The translations under genes and the position numbers were made by a program. 32,000 nucleotides of DNA, from assembly GCF_000025925.1 (NCBI RefSeq), contig NC_014033.1, positions 3,060,001 through 3,092,000 on the forward strand, read 5' to 3'. Below, one piece after another: positions 8,887 through 18,007 of the stretch (its first letter is position 1; every line of letters starts with the position of its first letter). The notes under the pieces were generated by a model. The model had not been told where the DNA came from, ran no database searches, and saw only the letters and a program-made list of their open reading frames with translations. The stretch is from Xylanibacter ruminicola 23 (GTDB lineage Bacteria; Bacteroidota; Bacteroidia; Bacteroidales; Bacteroidaceae).

Positions 8887-10953
8887 ATGGAAAACAAGAC
8901 TTACAAGCGTACGACGGTGACGTCGGCGCTACCATACGCTAATGGCGGCGTACATATCGGACACCTGGCTGGTGTATATGTACCTGCTGATATCTATGTG
9001 CGTTATCTTCGTCTGAAGAAGCGCGAGGTATTGTTCATCGGCGGAAGTGATGAGCATGGTGTGCCCATTACCGTTCGTGCCCGCAAAGAGGGTATCACTC
9101 CTCAGGATGTGGTTGACCGCTATCATAAGATGATTAAGGATTCGTTCGAGGAGTTTGGTATCTCGTTCGATATCTATAGCCGTACTACCAGTGAGACTCA
9201 TCATAAGTTTGCTGCCGAGTGGTTTAAGAAACTCTACGACGAGGGCAAGCTGACTGAGGAGACTACTGAGCAACTGTACGATGAGGAGGCTAAGCAGTTC
9301 CTGGCCGACCGCTATGTAACTGGTGAGTGCCCACACTGCCACAACGAGGGTGCCTATGGCGACCAGTGTGAGAAGTGTGGACGCGACCTTTCGCCAACAG
9401 AGCTGATTAACCCAAAGTCAACTATCTCTGGTTCTACTCCTGTACTGAAGAAGACCAAGAACTGGTATCTGCCTTTGAACGAGTATCAGGACTGGTTGAA
9501 GCAGTGGATTCTGGAGGAGCACAAGGAGTGGCGTCCAAACGTATATGGACAGTGTAAGAGCTGGTTGGATATGGATCTGCAGCCACGTGCGATGACTCGC
9601 GACTTGGATTGGGGTATCCCCGTACCTGTAAAGGATGCTGAGGGTAAGGTACTTTATGTTTGGTTTGATGCACCTATCGGCTATGTATCAAACACCAAGG
9701 AGCTTTGTGAGAAGGAGCCCGAGAAGTGGGGCAACTGGGAGAAGTGGTGGCAGGATGAGGATACTCGTCTGGTTCACTTCATCGGTAAGGACAACATCGT
9801 GTTCCACTGTATCATCTTCCCTGTAATGATGAAGGCTCACGGCAAGTATATCATGCCTGATAACGTACCTGCCAACGAGTTCCTGAATCTTGAGAACGAT
9901 AAGATTTCAACCTCTCGTAACTGGGCTGTATGGCTCCACGAGTATCTGGTTGATATGCCTGGTAAGCAGGATGTATTGCGCTATGTACTGACAGCCAATG
10001 CACCTGAGACAAAGGATAATAACTTTACTTGGAAGGATTTCCAGGATCGCAATAACAACGAGCTTGTAGCTGTTTACGGTAACTTCGTAAACCGTGCCCT
10101 CCAGCTCACCAAGAAGTACTGGAACGGTGTAGTTCCTGCTTGTGGCGAGTGGCTTGACGTTGACCGTCAAGCAATTGAAGAATTTAAAAATGTAAAAATT
10201 AAGATAGAAGAGAATCTGGAGCAGTTCAAGTTCCGCGATGCTCAGTTCGAGGCTATGAACCTGGCTCGTATTGGTAACCGCTATATCACAGAGTGCGAGC
10301 CTTGGAAGGTTTGGAAGACTGATCCAAAGCGTTGCGAGACTATCCTGAACATCTGCTTGCAGTTGACAGCTAACCTGGCTATTGCCTTTGAGCCATTCCT
10401 GCCATTCAGCAGTAAGAAGCTTCGCGAGATGCTGAACATCAGCAACTTCGAGTGGGAACAGTTGGGTTCTACCGATCTCCTGGAGGCTGGTCATCAGCTG
10501 GGTGAGCCTGCTCTGCTGTTCGAGAAGATTGAGGATGAGGTTATCCAGAAGCAGCTGGATAAGCTGGAGGCTACTAAGAAAGCCAACGAGGCAGCTAACT
10601 ATAAGGCTGCTCCTATCAAGGATACCGTTAGCTTCGAGGAGTTCGAGAAGCTTGATATCCGTGTAGGTCTGGTTAAGGATTGTCAGAAGGTTAAGAAGAG
10701 TAAGAAACTCCTGCAGTTTACCATCGACGATGGTTCTGGTACCGATCGTACCATCTGCTCGGGTATTGCTGCTTTCTACGAGAATCCTGAGGAATTGATT
10801 GGTAAGCGTATCCTCTTTGTGGCCAACTTTGCTCCACGTAACATGATGGGTATCGAGAGTCAGGGTATGATTCTGAGTGCCGTTGATGCCGACGAGAGTC
10901 TGAGTGTGGTTACAACCACTAAGGATGTAAAGCCAGGAAGCCAGGTAGGATAA
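8887..10953 (+). CDS. metG: Methionyl-tRNA synthetase with a C-terminal tRNA-binding (Trbp111-like) domain
   Basis: It has a HIGH-type motif ('[10 protein letters not shown]'), a zinc knuckle ('[18 protein letters not shown]'), a KMSKS-equivalent ('KISTSRN') and the C-terminal segment 'LDIRVGLV...ESQGMILSA'. Confidence 0.95.
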   Translation: MENKTYKRTTVTSALPYANGGVHIGHLAGVYVPADIYVRYLRLKKREVLFIGGSDEHGVPITVRARKEGITPQDVVDRYHKMIKDSFEEFGISFDIYSRTTSETHHKFAAEWFKKLYDEGKLTEETTEQLYDEEAKQFLADRYVTGECPHCHNEGAYGDQCEKCGRDLSPTELINPKSTISGSTPVLKKTKNWYLPLNEYQDWLKQWILEEHKEWRPNVYGQCKSWLDMDLQPRAMTRDLDWGIPVPVKDAEGKVLYVWFDAPIGYVSNTKELCEKEPEKWGNWEKWWQDEDTRLVHFIGKDNIVFHCIIFPVMMKAHGKYIMPDNVPANEFLNLENDKISTSRNWAVWLHEYLVDMPGKQDVLRYVLTANAPETKDNNFTWKDFQDRNNNELVAVYGNFVNRALQLTKKYWNGVVPACGEWLDVDRQAIEEFKNVKIKIEENLEQFKFRDAQFEAMNLARIGNRYITECEPWKVWKTDPKRCETILNICLQLTANLAIAFEPFLPFSSKKLREMLNISNFEWEQLGSTDLLEAGHQLGEPALLFEKIEDEVIQKQLDKLEATKKANEAANYKAAPIKDTVSFEEFEKLDIRVGLVKDCQKVKKSKKLLQFTIDDGSGTDRTICSGIAAFYENPEELIGKRILFVANFAPRNMMGIESQGMILSAVDADESLSVVTTTKDVKPGSQVG

Positions 10954-10967
10954 TATCTGTTCAATGG

Positions 10968-12410
10968 ATGGAATCTTTGAAGGAAAAAACAGCTAAGGGC
11001 CTGTTTTGGGGTGGAATGAACAATGGCGTTCAGCAATTGCTCGGCCTCATCTTTGGTATCATTCTGGGTCGTTTGCTTAATCCTTCCGACTATGGTCTTA
11101 TAGCCATGATTACCATCTTTTCGCTGATAGCAACCGCTTTGCAGAATAGTGGTTTCTCTACAGCGCTGGTTAACGAAAAAGAGCCAAAAGACAGTGACTA
11201 TAATGCTGTCTTTTGGTTCAATATTTTTATGGGTGGCGTTATCTACTTAACGCTTTTCTTCTCAGCACCATTAATAGCTGATTACTATGATGAGCCCCGA
11301 TTGGTTGCATTATGTCGTTATGCCTTTATCGGGCTGTTATTCAGTTGTAGTGGTGTAGCGCAGGCGGCTTATCTTTATAAGAATCTCAGAGCCCAGCAAC
11401 TGGCTAAGGCTAGCATTACGGCTACTATCCTATCCAGTAGTGTGGCTGCTGTGATGGCTTGGCAAGGTTTTTCTTATTGGAGCTTGGCCACTCAAACTAA
11501 CCTCTTTATTTTGATATCTACCCTGCTGCGCTGGCATTATAGCGATTGGCGCCCTACGCTGAAGGTTGATTTTACGTTTATCCGTAAGGCATTTCCGTTC
11601 AGCGTAAAGATCCTGATTAGCGATGTGCTGACACAGGTCAATAACAACGTGATGAATATGTTGCTGGGTCGTTACTTTAGCGCACATGATACTGGTAACT
11701 ATAACCAGGCCTATCAGTGGAACAACAAGTGTACATCGCTTATCCAAGGTATGGTAAAGCAGGTAGATCAGACGGTGCTGGTAAGCGTAAGGGATGATCG
11801 CGAGCGCCAACTGGCTGTACTGCGTAAGATGGTGCGTTTTGCTGCATTTATCTCGTTCCCTTTGTTGTTGGGATTCGGCTTAGTAGCAAAAGAGTTTATT
11901 GTGCTGGCCATAGGCGAGAAGTGGCTTATATCAGCACAATATCTGCAGTGGATATGTGTGTGTGGTGCTGTGCTACCCATCAGCACATTAATGGCCGATT
12001 TCCTGATAAGTAGAGGTAAATCAGGTACGTTTATGGGCTGTACGTTAGCGTTGGGTTTGCTTCAGATTGTAGCCATGCTAACGCTTTACCCCTATGGTAT
12101 TGCCACGATGGTTAAGACTTACGTAGTACTTAATTTGTTTTGGCTGTTTGTGTGGTTTTTCTTTGCCTGTAAGGATACCAGCTATACCTTATTGCTGATG
12201 CTGAAGGATATCATGCCTTTTGCTTTGGCTGCTGCAGGTGTGATGTTTGCTACAGGTTATATCACCTCGAATATTGGAAACCTGGTGCTGCTGCTCATCA
12301 GTAGATGTATATTGGCAGCTGTACTCTATTATGCTGTGATGCGCCTGGCTGGTGCGCAGATACTGAAGGAGACTACAGATTTTATGATGAACAAAATTAA
12401 AAAACAATAA
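10968..12410 (+). CDS. Polysaccharide/oligosaccharide flippase of the MOP (Wzx-like) family
   Basis: 480 aa with about 12-14 hydrophobic segments. The N-terminus 'KTAKGLFWGGMNNGVQQLLGLIFGIILGRLLNPSDYGLIAM' is typical of polysaccharide-biosynthesis (Wzx) proteins. Confidence 0.85.
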   Translation: MESLKEKTAKGLFWGGMNNGVQQLLGLIFGIILGRLLNPSDYGLIAMITIFSLIATALQNSGFSTALVNEKEPKDSDYNAVFWFNIFMGGVIYLTLFFSAPLIADYYDEPRLVALCRYAFIGLLFSCSGVAQAAYLYKNLRAQQLAKASITATILSSSVAAVMAWQGFSYWSLATQTNLFILISTLLRWHYSDWRPTLKVDFTFIRKAFPFSVKILISDVLTQVNNNVMNMLLGRYFSAHDTGNYNQAYQWNNKCTSLIQGMVKQVDQTVLVSVRDDRERQLAVLRKMVRFAAFISFPLLLGFGLVAKEFIVLAIGEKWLISAQYLQWICVCGAVLPISTLMADFLISRGKSGTFMGCTLALGLLQIVAMLTLYPYGIATMVKTYVVLNLFWLFVWFFFACKDTSYTLLLMLKDIMPFALAAAGVMFATGYITSNIGNLVLLLISRCILAAVLYYAVMRLAGAQILKETTDFMMNKIKKQ

Positions 12411-12413
12411 GAT

Positions 12414-13136
12414 ATGAACTATGCTTTGATTATTGCCGGCGGCTCTGGAAACAGAATGGGACAGGATATTCCCAAGCAGTTTATCAACGTTTACGATAAG
12501 CCTGTACTCATCTATACATTGGAGAGTTTTCAGCGTCATCCTATGGTAGATGCTATCGAAGTAGTTTGTCTTGATGGCTGGCATGAGGTGCTTTGGGCCT
12601 ATGCTCGCCAGTTTAATATTACCAAACTTCAGGCTGTTGTAGCTGGTGGAAACAGTGCTCAGGAGAGCATTCGTAATGGTGTGTACGACTTAGAAAGCAA
12701 GGCTTCTGACGATGATATCATCATTATCCACGATGGTATCCGTCCCCTGGTGGATGATACCGTACTTACTGATGTTATCCAGAAAGCTATGCAGTATGGT
12801 AATGGAGTAACATCGTTGCCTTATAATGAACAGATATTCATTGTAAATCCTGACGATGAAACAACCACTAAGCAGTATATTCCTCGCGAAACCTTGCGAC
12901 GTGTATCTACACCTCAGGCCTATCAGTTCAAGAAGCTTGATGCTGCCTATCACGAGGCTTTCGAAAAAGGCATAGGTATTCATGGCTCGTCTTACACCAA
13001 TACCATGATGGTAGAATTGGGTGAGACGCTGCATTTTGCAGCAGGTTCGGATAAGAACATCAAACTTACCACTAAGGATGATCTGGAGATGTTCAAGGGT
13101 TATATGAAAATGGATAAGGACACATGGCTGAAGTAA
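12414..13136 (+). CDS. IspD/TarI-family cytidylyltransferase, predicted ribitol-5-phosphate cytidylyltransferase
   Basis: The N-terminal 'ALIIAGGSGNRMGQDIPKQF' is the nucleotide-binding signature. 'VAGGNSAQESIRNG' is also present. The genomic context is an SDR plus a LicD-family gene. Confidence 0.8.
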   Translation: MNYALIIAGGSGNRMGQDIPKQFINVYDKPVLIYTLESFQRHPMVDAIEVVCLDGWHEVLWAYARQFNITKLQAVVAGGNSAQESIRNGVYDLESKASDDDIIIIHDGIRPLVDDTVLTDVIQKAMQYGNGVTSLPYNEQIFIVNPDDETTTKQYIPRETLRRVSTPQAYQFKKLDAAYHEAFEKGIGIHGSSYTNTMMVELGETLHFAAGSDKNIKLTTKDDLEMFKGYMKMDKDTWLK

Positions 13137-14176
13137 TATCACTCTATAAGCAGCATCCTCTTTATCAGGAGGATTTGGATCGTATCACTCAGTTGGGTGA
13201 TATCAACCGTCTTTATGGCAAATCGTTTATGATATCTGGTGCTACAGGTTTGATTGGCGTTTGCTTGATAGATGCTTTGATGCATCTGAATAAGAAAGGC
13301 GCTAACATCACTATTTATGCCTTGGGGCGTAATCGCGAAAAAGCAGCCTTGCGACTTGGTGAGTATTTTGAGGACAGCAACTTCCATTTTGTGGAGCGCG
13401 AAGCCTCAGAGTCGCTTTTAGAGTTGCCTAAGGTTGATGTAATTATTCCTTTGGCATCTAACACCCATCCATTAGCTTATTCAAAGTATCCCATCGAGAC
13501 TATCAATATTAATGTGAAAGGTGCTGAACAGGCGCTCGAGAAAGCTTTGGCTTGTAATGCGATGGTGCTCTATCCATCAACAGTCGAGGTGTATGGTAAT
13601 GCCCGTGGTGATGATGATTTTACTGAGGATTACACTGGAAAGCTGAACTTAGCTACTTCGCGTGCCTGCTATACAGAGTCAAAGCGACTGAGTGAAGCCC
13701 TCTGTCAGTCGTATATTGCTGAACGTGGTGCTCAGGTTAAGATTGTAAGACTGAGCCGTGTGTTTGGTCCTACCATGCTGATGAGCGATAGTAAAGCCTC
13801 ATCGCAGTTTATCCAGAAGGCTTTGGCTGGCGAGAATATCGTACTGAAGAGTAAGGGCGAACAGCTCTTCTCTTACACCTATGTGGCTGATGCTGTAGGA
13901 GCTATGTTGCACGTGTTGCTGCATGGCGAAGAGGGTGTAGCTTATAATATAGCCAACGAGGCCTGCAATGTGCGCTTAAAGGACTTTGCTCAGCTGTGTG
14001 CCGAGTGGGCCGATAAGCAGGTTGTATTCGAGTTACCTTCAGAAACAGAACAGAAGGGCTTTTCGATTGCTATGCGTGCCGTACTTGATAACAGCCGCCT
14101 TAAGGGATTGAATTGGCATCCTCAGTATGCGATGAAGGATGCAGTGTGTCGTACATTATCAATATTAAAGTCATGA
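13124..14176 (+). CDS. Extended SDR (NAD-dependent epimerase/dehydratase family), candidate reductase partner of the cytidylyltransferase
   Basis: It has a Rossmann 'ISGATGLIG' motif and a catalytic 'YTESK' (YxxxK). It overlaps the upstream gene by 13 nt. Confidence 0.8.
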   Translation: MAEVISLYKQHPLYQEDLDRITQLGDINRLYGKSFMISGATGLIGVCLIDALMHLNKKGANITIYALGRNREKAALRLGEYFEDSNFHFVEREASESLLELPKVDVIIPLASNTHPLAYSKYPIETININVKGAEQALEKALACNAMVLYPSTVEVYGNARGDDDFTEDYTGKLNLATSRACYTESKRLSEALCQSYIAERGAQVKIVRLSRVFGPTMLMSDSKASSQFIQKALAGENIVLKSKGEQLFSYTYVADAVGAMLHVLLHGEEGVAYNIANEACNVRLKDFAQLCAEWADKQVVFELPSETEQKGFSIAMRAVLDNSRLKGLNWHPQYAMKDAVCRTLSILKS

Positions 14177-14979
14177 ATAATCCATATCTGCAGAAGTTCA
14201 AGGAACAGCAACTGCGTGCCTGCCAGCTGAAACAGTTGTCTATTCTCGAAGAGATCGACCGTATCTGTAAGAAGCACCAGATTGGCTATTGGCTTGATGG
14301 TGGTACACTATTAGGTGCAGTTCGCCATGGGGGCTTTATTCCTTGGGATGACGATATCGATATTGCCATGCGTCAGGAGGATCTGGACCGTTTTGTAAGT
14401 GTGGCACCATCCGAACTTCGCGAAGGTTTATTCCTGCAGACACCACAGATTGAACCGCAATCAAAAGAGCCTATCGTAAAGGTGCGCGATCTGAATTCTT
14501 TCTATGTTGAAGGTTCAGATAACTTTGCGGCCGACTATCAGAAAGGTCTTTATGTTGATATATTCCCAATGGTAGATTATCCTACGCTGTCCAAAAAGTG
14601 GGTAAAGCGTATTACATTGGGTATTTCAAAGAGTTATTCTATCCTGCACAAGTCGCATTACTATTCATTTAATGCGTTTGCTGAGTTCTTCTGGTTTGGT
14701 GCCAAATATGCCGTTAATAAGTGCCTTTGGAGTTTGCTTTGCGCCGTTCGTCCTAAGAACGTGTACCTGTCGAATATCCTGATTAATAATGGTTATGGCA
14801 TTATGCATCGCCAGGATTCTGTTTTCCCATTGGGTACTATTAACTTCGAGGGGAAATCATTTAGTGCGCCTTGCAATCCTGATGCTTATCTGAGCGATCT
14901 CTATCGTAACTACATGGAGATTCCGCCTAAAGAGAAGCAAAAGATTCATTCTGTATTCATTATGCCCGAACTGATATGA
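14173..14979 (+). CDS. LicD-family phosphotransferase (LicD/fukutin-type nucleotidyltransferase fold)
   Basis: 'WLDGGTLLGAVRHGGFIPWDDDIDIAM' is the LicD signature. I prefer the ATG at 14173 (MNNPYLQ), which forms an ATGA overlap with the SDR stop, over the ORF-track start at 14113. Confidence 0.8.
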   Translation: MNNPYLQKFKEQQLRACQLKQLSILEEIDRICKKHQIGYWLDGGTLLGAVRHGGFIPWDDDIDIAMRQEDLDRFVSVAPSELREGLFLQTPQIEPQSKEPIVKVRDLNSFYVEGSDNFAADYQKGLYVDIFPMVDYPTLSKKWVKRITLGISKSYSILHKSHYYSFNAFAEFFWFGAKYAVNKCLWSLLCAVRPKNVYLSNILINNGYGIMHRQDSVFPLGTINFEGKSFSAPCNPDAYLSDLYRNYMEIPPKEKQKIHSVFIMPELI

Positions 14980-16001
14980 AACAACCCGCAAAGACTGATA
15001 TTGCTGTTCTGCTGCTGTTCTTTAATCGTGCAGATACTTTCCGCCAGGTTTTCGAGGCGGTTAAGGAGGCTCGCCCCTCAAAGCTGTTTCTCTACCAGGA
15101 TGGTCCTCGTGGCGAACGTGATATGGCTGGCATAGAGGCTTGTCGTGCGATTGTGAGCGATGAGAACATCGACTGGGAGTGCGAGGTGCATCGTATGTAT
15201 CAGGAAAAAAACTATGGCTGCGATCCTTCTGAGTATATCTCGCAGAAATGGGCTTTCTCTATCGTTGATAAGTGCATGGTGCTTGAGGACGATGATGTGC
15301 CCTCACAGTCGTTCTTTCCTTTCTGTAAGGAGATGCTTGATAAGTACGAGAACGACGAGCGTATCAGTATGATTTCGGGCTTTAATATCGATGAGGTTAC
15401 AGAGGATTGTCCTTACGATTACTTCTTTACCTCAACATTTGGCATCTGGGGCTGGGCGTCGTGGCGACGCGTTATCGATCAGTGGGACGGTCAGTATTCA
15501 TTCCTCGACGATGCGTATAATATGGCACAGCTAAAGGCTTTGGCCGAGCAGCGCAAATACAGAAAGGATATGATTAAGATGTTCGCCAATCATCGTGCTA
15601 CTGGCAAGGAGTACTACGAGAGTATTTTCTGGGCATCCATGCTGTTTAATTCTGGTCTGGCCATTCTTCCTTCAAAGAACCAGATAAATAATCTGGGTTT
15701 AATGGCCGATTCTACGCATTTTACCGCTTCGGCCAAGACCACACCCAAGCGCTTCCTTAAAATCTTTACCATGAAGCGTTATGAGTTGGAATTTCCACTT
15801 AAACACCCTAGATATGTGATTGAGAATGTAGGTTATAAGGACAGACTATACAAGATTCTTGCATGGCGTCATCCTTTAACCAAGATCAGCTATTCGTTAG
15901 AGGAGTTGTGGCTTAATATCCGATATGGCCAGTTTGGTAATATATCGAAAGCTTTTTCGCGACGTATCCGTAAGTGGTTAGGCACAGAAAAGCATGCCTG
16001 A
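14976..16001 (+). CDS. GT-A-fold glycosyltransferase (GnT-I / 'HlpA-like' nucleotide-diphospho-sugar transferase family), putative
   Basis: 'DIAVLLLFFNRADTFRQVFEAV...LFLYQDGPRGERD' together with an acidic 'LEDDD' motif resembles this family. It forms an ATGA overlap with the LicD gene. Confidence 0.6.
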   Translation: MKQPAKTDIAVLLLFFNRADTFRQVFEAVKEARPSKLFLYQDGPRGERDMAGIEACRAIVSDENIDWECEVHRMYQEKNYGCDPSEYISQKWAFSIVDKCMVLEDDDVPSQSFFPFCKEMLDKYENDERISMISGFNIDEVTEDCPYDYFFTSTFGIWGWASWRRVIDQWDGQYSFLDDAYNMAQLKALAEQRKYRKDMIKMFANHRATGKEYYESIFWASMLFNSGLAILPSKNQINNLGLMADSTHFTASAKTTPKRFLKIFTMKRYELEFPLKHPRYVIENVGYKDRLYKILAWRHPLTKISYSLEELWLNIRYGQFGNISKAFSRRIRKWLGTEKHA

Positions 16002-16020
16002 TATTGAGGCATGCTTTTTT
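15988..16020. terminator. Bidirectional-looking terminator between convergent operons
   Basis: The stem pairs AGCATGCCT (15991-15999) with AGGCATGCT (16007-16015) and is extendable by A:T pairs. The loop is 7 nt and is followed by TTTTTT (16015-20). It sits between the stops at 16001 (+) and 16023 (-). Confidence 0.7.
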
Positions 16021-16022
16021 CG

Positions 16023-17426
16023 TTATATGATAGCTTTGATAGGCGATAGCAGGAAATCGGTCAGCAGATAGCCGTTATATATTAATAGGTATATAGTCAT
16101 AGCTGCCACTACCCATCTTAGCCAGCTTGTTTGTACGGCTTTAAATAGATAGGCTGTAGCAATGGGCAGTACAAATGCCCAGTGTGGCGTCATGATATAT
16201 ATCTCGTTAAGGCCGAAACCTAAGCCGATGTGTATCAGCATGTCGAAGGCAAATCCAGACAGGCAGAGCCAAAGGAAACGGCTTTTACGTCCCATCCACA
16301 CGCCTATCACAAAGAACAGCAGTATAAGTGCTTCGATGATATAACTGAATACCCAGTTGTAACGTACAAATACTGGACGATGAACCAGCACATCCTCTAG
16401 GAAGTAGTCCTGATGGAACTGCAGCGACTCGCCAAACAGGTTCTCATAGGTAGATTGCCAGCGCGATGTAGAGATGTCTGTCCACTTCAGGAAACCGTAA
16501 TTCTCCATAGGCTTACCAGTCTTGGCTGCCTGGCGCTGTAATACCTTATCGCGACGGGCTTTCTTGGCCTCGTACTGCTCTTTCTGTTCAGCAGTCATCT
16601 GGGCCACACGTGCCTTTTGCTGTTCTGCTTTCTTTGCTTTCTGTTCTGCGCGTGCCTTTTCTTTGGGCAGCACATACGTGCGATACTCCCATTGTGCCGT
16701 TCCCCACAGCAAGGCAGCTGGCAGGATAACAGCCAACAACAGGTATTTTGGACGGAAGAAATCGCGCAGATTTACAAAGAATCCTGATAAGAAAACCTTC
16801 ACACCATTGCTCAGCGTAACACCTGCTGTGATATAGAACAGAATGGCCGACTGCCACCACTTGAACTCACGGCGCTTTTTGATGCATACACCTGAGATAT
16901 AGAGCGTGATGAGCAGTAGGAACATGGATATTGTAAAATGGTCGGGCACGATGGCTGCCATCAGAATATATGCCATCGAGAAGAAGTAGGTCGTGAGCAG
17001 CGTTGCATCCTTTTGTCCTAACTCTATCACCTCGCGATGAATGCGATACAGGAAGATGTATGAGTAGAAAGTACAGAATATCAGCAATCCTGCTACCAGA
17101 TACTGCACGCAGTTAACGCCTAACAGCCAAGTAAGCCCCTCGTTAATAACCCACAGCGGCCATATCATAAACGACAGCAACGGGTGGCGATACACCTGAT
17201 ACACCACATCCCAGTTGGTTACGCCCAGATAGGTAAGCGGGTCGTAGCCCGACAGATGCAGCTCGTGTTCGAAAGCCTTCCAATAGGGGCCGAAACCTGG
17301 TTGCATAAACAACTCGTGCATACGGAAGATAAACATAGCGTTGAGGGCTATGATAACCATAAGAGCAATCGTCGACTGCCAGCGTTCTTCGGGTTTAATC
17401 TTGAATATCTTAAGTGGATTTCTCAT
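16023..17426 (-). CDS. Polytopic membrane protein of unknown function with a K/A/E/Q-rich charged insert
   Basis: 467 aa with many hydrophobic segments. A soluble insert is present: 'PKEKARAEQKAKKAEQQKARVAQMTAEQKEQYEAKKARRDKVLQRQAAKTGKP'. It forms an ATGA overlap with the HAD gene. I can assign no family motif with confidence, and a GT-C-like role is only a guess. Confidence 0.7.
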   Translation of the reverse strand: MRNPLKIFKIKPEERWQSTIALMVIIALNAMFIFRMHELFMQPGFGPYWKAFEHELHLSGYDPLTYLGVTNWDVVYQVYRHPLLSFMIWPLWVINEGLTWLLGVNCVQYLVAGLLIFCTFYSYIFLYRIHREVIELGQKDATLLTTYFFSMAYILMAAIVPDHFTISMFLLLITLYISGVCIKKRREFKWWQSAILFYITAGVTLSNGVKVFLSGFFVNLRDFFRPKYLLLAVILPAALLWGTAQWEYRTYVLPKEKARAEQKAKKAEQQKARVAQMTAEQKEQYEAKKARRDKVLQRQAAKTGKPMENYGFLKWTDISTSRWQSTYENLFGESLQFHQDYFLEDVLVHRPVFVRYNWVFSYIIEALILLFFVIGVWMGRKSRFLWLCLSGFAFDMLIHIGLGFGLNEIYIMTPHWAFVLPIATAYLFKAVQTSWLRWVVAAMTIYLLIYNGYLLTDFLLSPIKAII

Positions 17427-18007
17427 TGTCTGAATGGTTTAAAATATGATTCGTCGGCAAATGCCAGCATTTCTTTGTCGCCACGACTATCGCCAAAGGC
17501 AGTCAGGTGATAATCCTTTCTGTCGGGAAAGAGGGTCAGGATACGGCTCACCTTTTCCTGGCCATAGCAGTTCTTGGTAAGAAAGCGTCCTGTCAGCTCG
17601 CCATCAATCACTTCAATCTGTGTGCCCAGCACTTTTACATCAGTAAAGAAAGGCTGCACCCAGTTATCGATAGATGCGCTTACTATCAGCACCTCCGCCC
17701 CCTCGTTCTGGGCTTGCTGTATGGCCTTGATGCCTGCAGGGCGTAGCAGATACTGCGATGAGGCTGCAAAGGCTTGGCAGAGGGCGTTAAAATCCTCGAT
17801 AGTCATACCCTTAAAGAAGTATGCAAACACCTTTTGTTTGGCTTTCCAGTTAGGATAGAGCCCCAGTTTCATCAGCACCAGCAGATGGGCATAGCGTGCA
17901 AAGCCCCATCCAAAGGCCAATGTGCCCTTGGCAAAACGGATAAACTCTATCAACGTATCCTTAGTTGTCAGCGTTCCGTCGAAATCGAAGGCGTATATCT
18001 TCTTCAT
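17423..18007 (-). CDS. HAD-IB family hydrolase/phosphatase
   Basis: Motif I is 'YAFDFDGTLT'. The C-terminal 'FGDSRGDKEMLAFAD' is motif IV. A cap-domain insert is typical of subfamily IB. Confidence 0.85.
   Translation of the reverse strand: MKKIYAFDFDGTLTTKDTLIEFIRFAKGTLAFGWGFARYAHLLVLMKLGLYPNWKAKQKVFAYFFKGMTIEDFNALCQAFAASSQYLLRPAGIKAIQQAQNEGAEVLIVSASIDNWVQPFFTDVKVLGTQIEVIDGELTGRFLTKNCYGQEKVSRILTLFPDRKDYHLTAFGDSRGDKEMLAFADESYFKPFRQ

Noticed and set aside
10152-10172. 8-bp perfect hairpin (GCTTGACG ttgac CGTCAAGC) followed by an A/T-rich patch inside metG.
   Set aside because: It lies in the middle of an essential, intact coding sequence and has no T-tract. It is short enough to occur by chance, and I see no evidence that it is an attenuator or terminator.
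12414-13136. Considered annotating this gene as the housekeeping MEP-pathway IspD.
   Set aside because: Its context (flippase, SDR, LicD, GT) and TarI-like middle region favour an alditol-phosphate cytidylyltransferase. This cannot be excluded without knowing whether another ispD exists in the genome, so the call stays at the family level.
14113-14172. Upstream ATG at 14113 for the LicD-family gene.
   Set aside because: It would overlap the SDR gene by 64 nt. The ATG at 14173 forms the ATGA stop/start overlap used repeatedly in this locus, and it precedes the conserved domain.
16560-16700. Apparent nucleotide-level short repeats (CGTGCCTTTT x2, CTGTTCTGC x2, TGCTTTCT runs).
   Set aside because: These are the reverse-strand image of the low-complexity K/A/E/Q-rich coding insert of the 467-aa membrane protein. 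They are not an independent repeat element or a CRISPR-like array.
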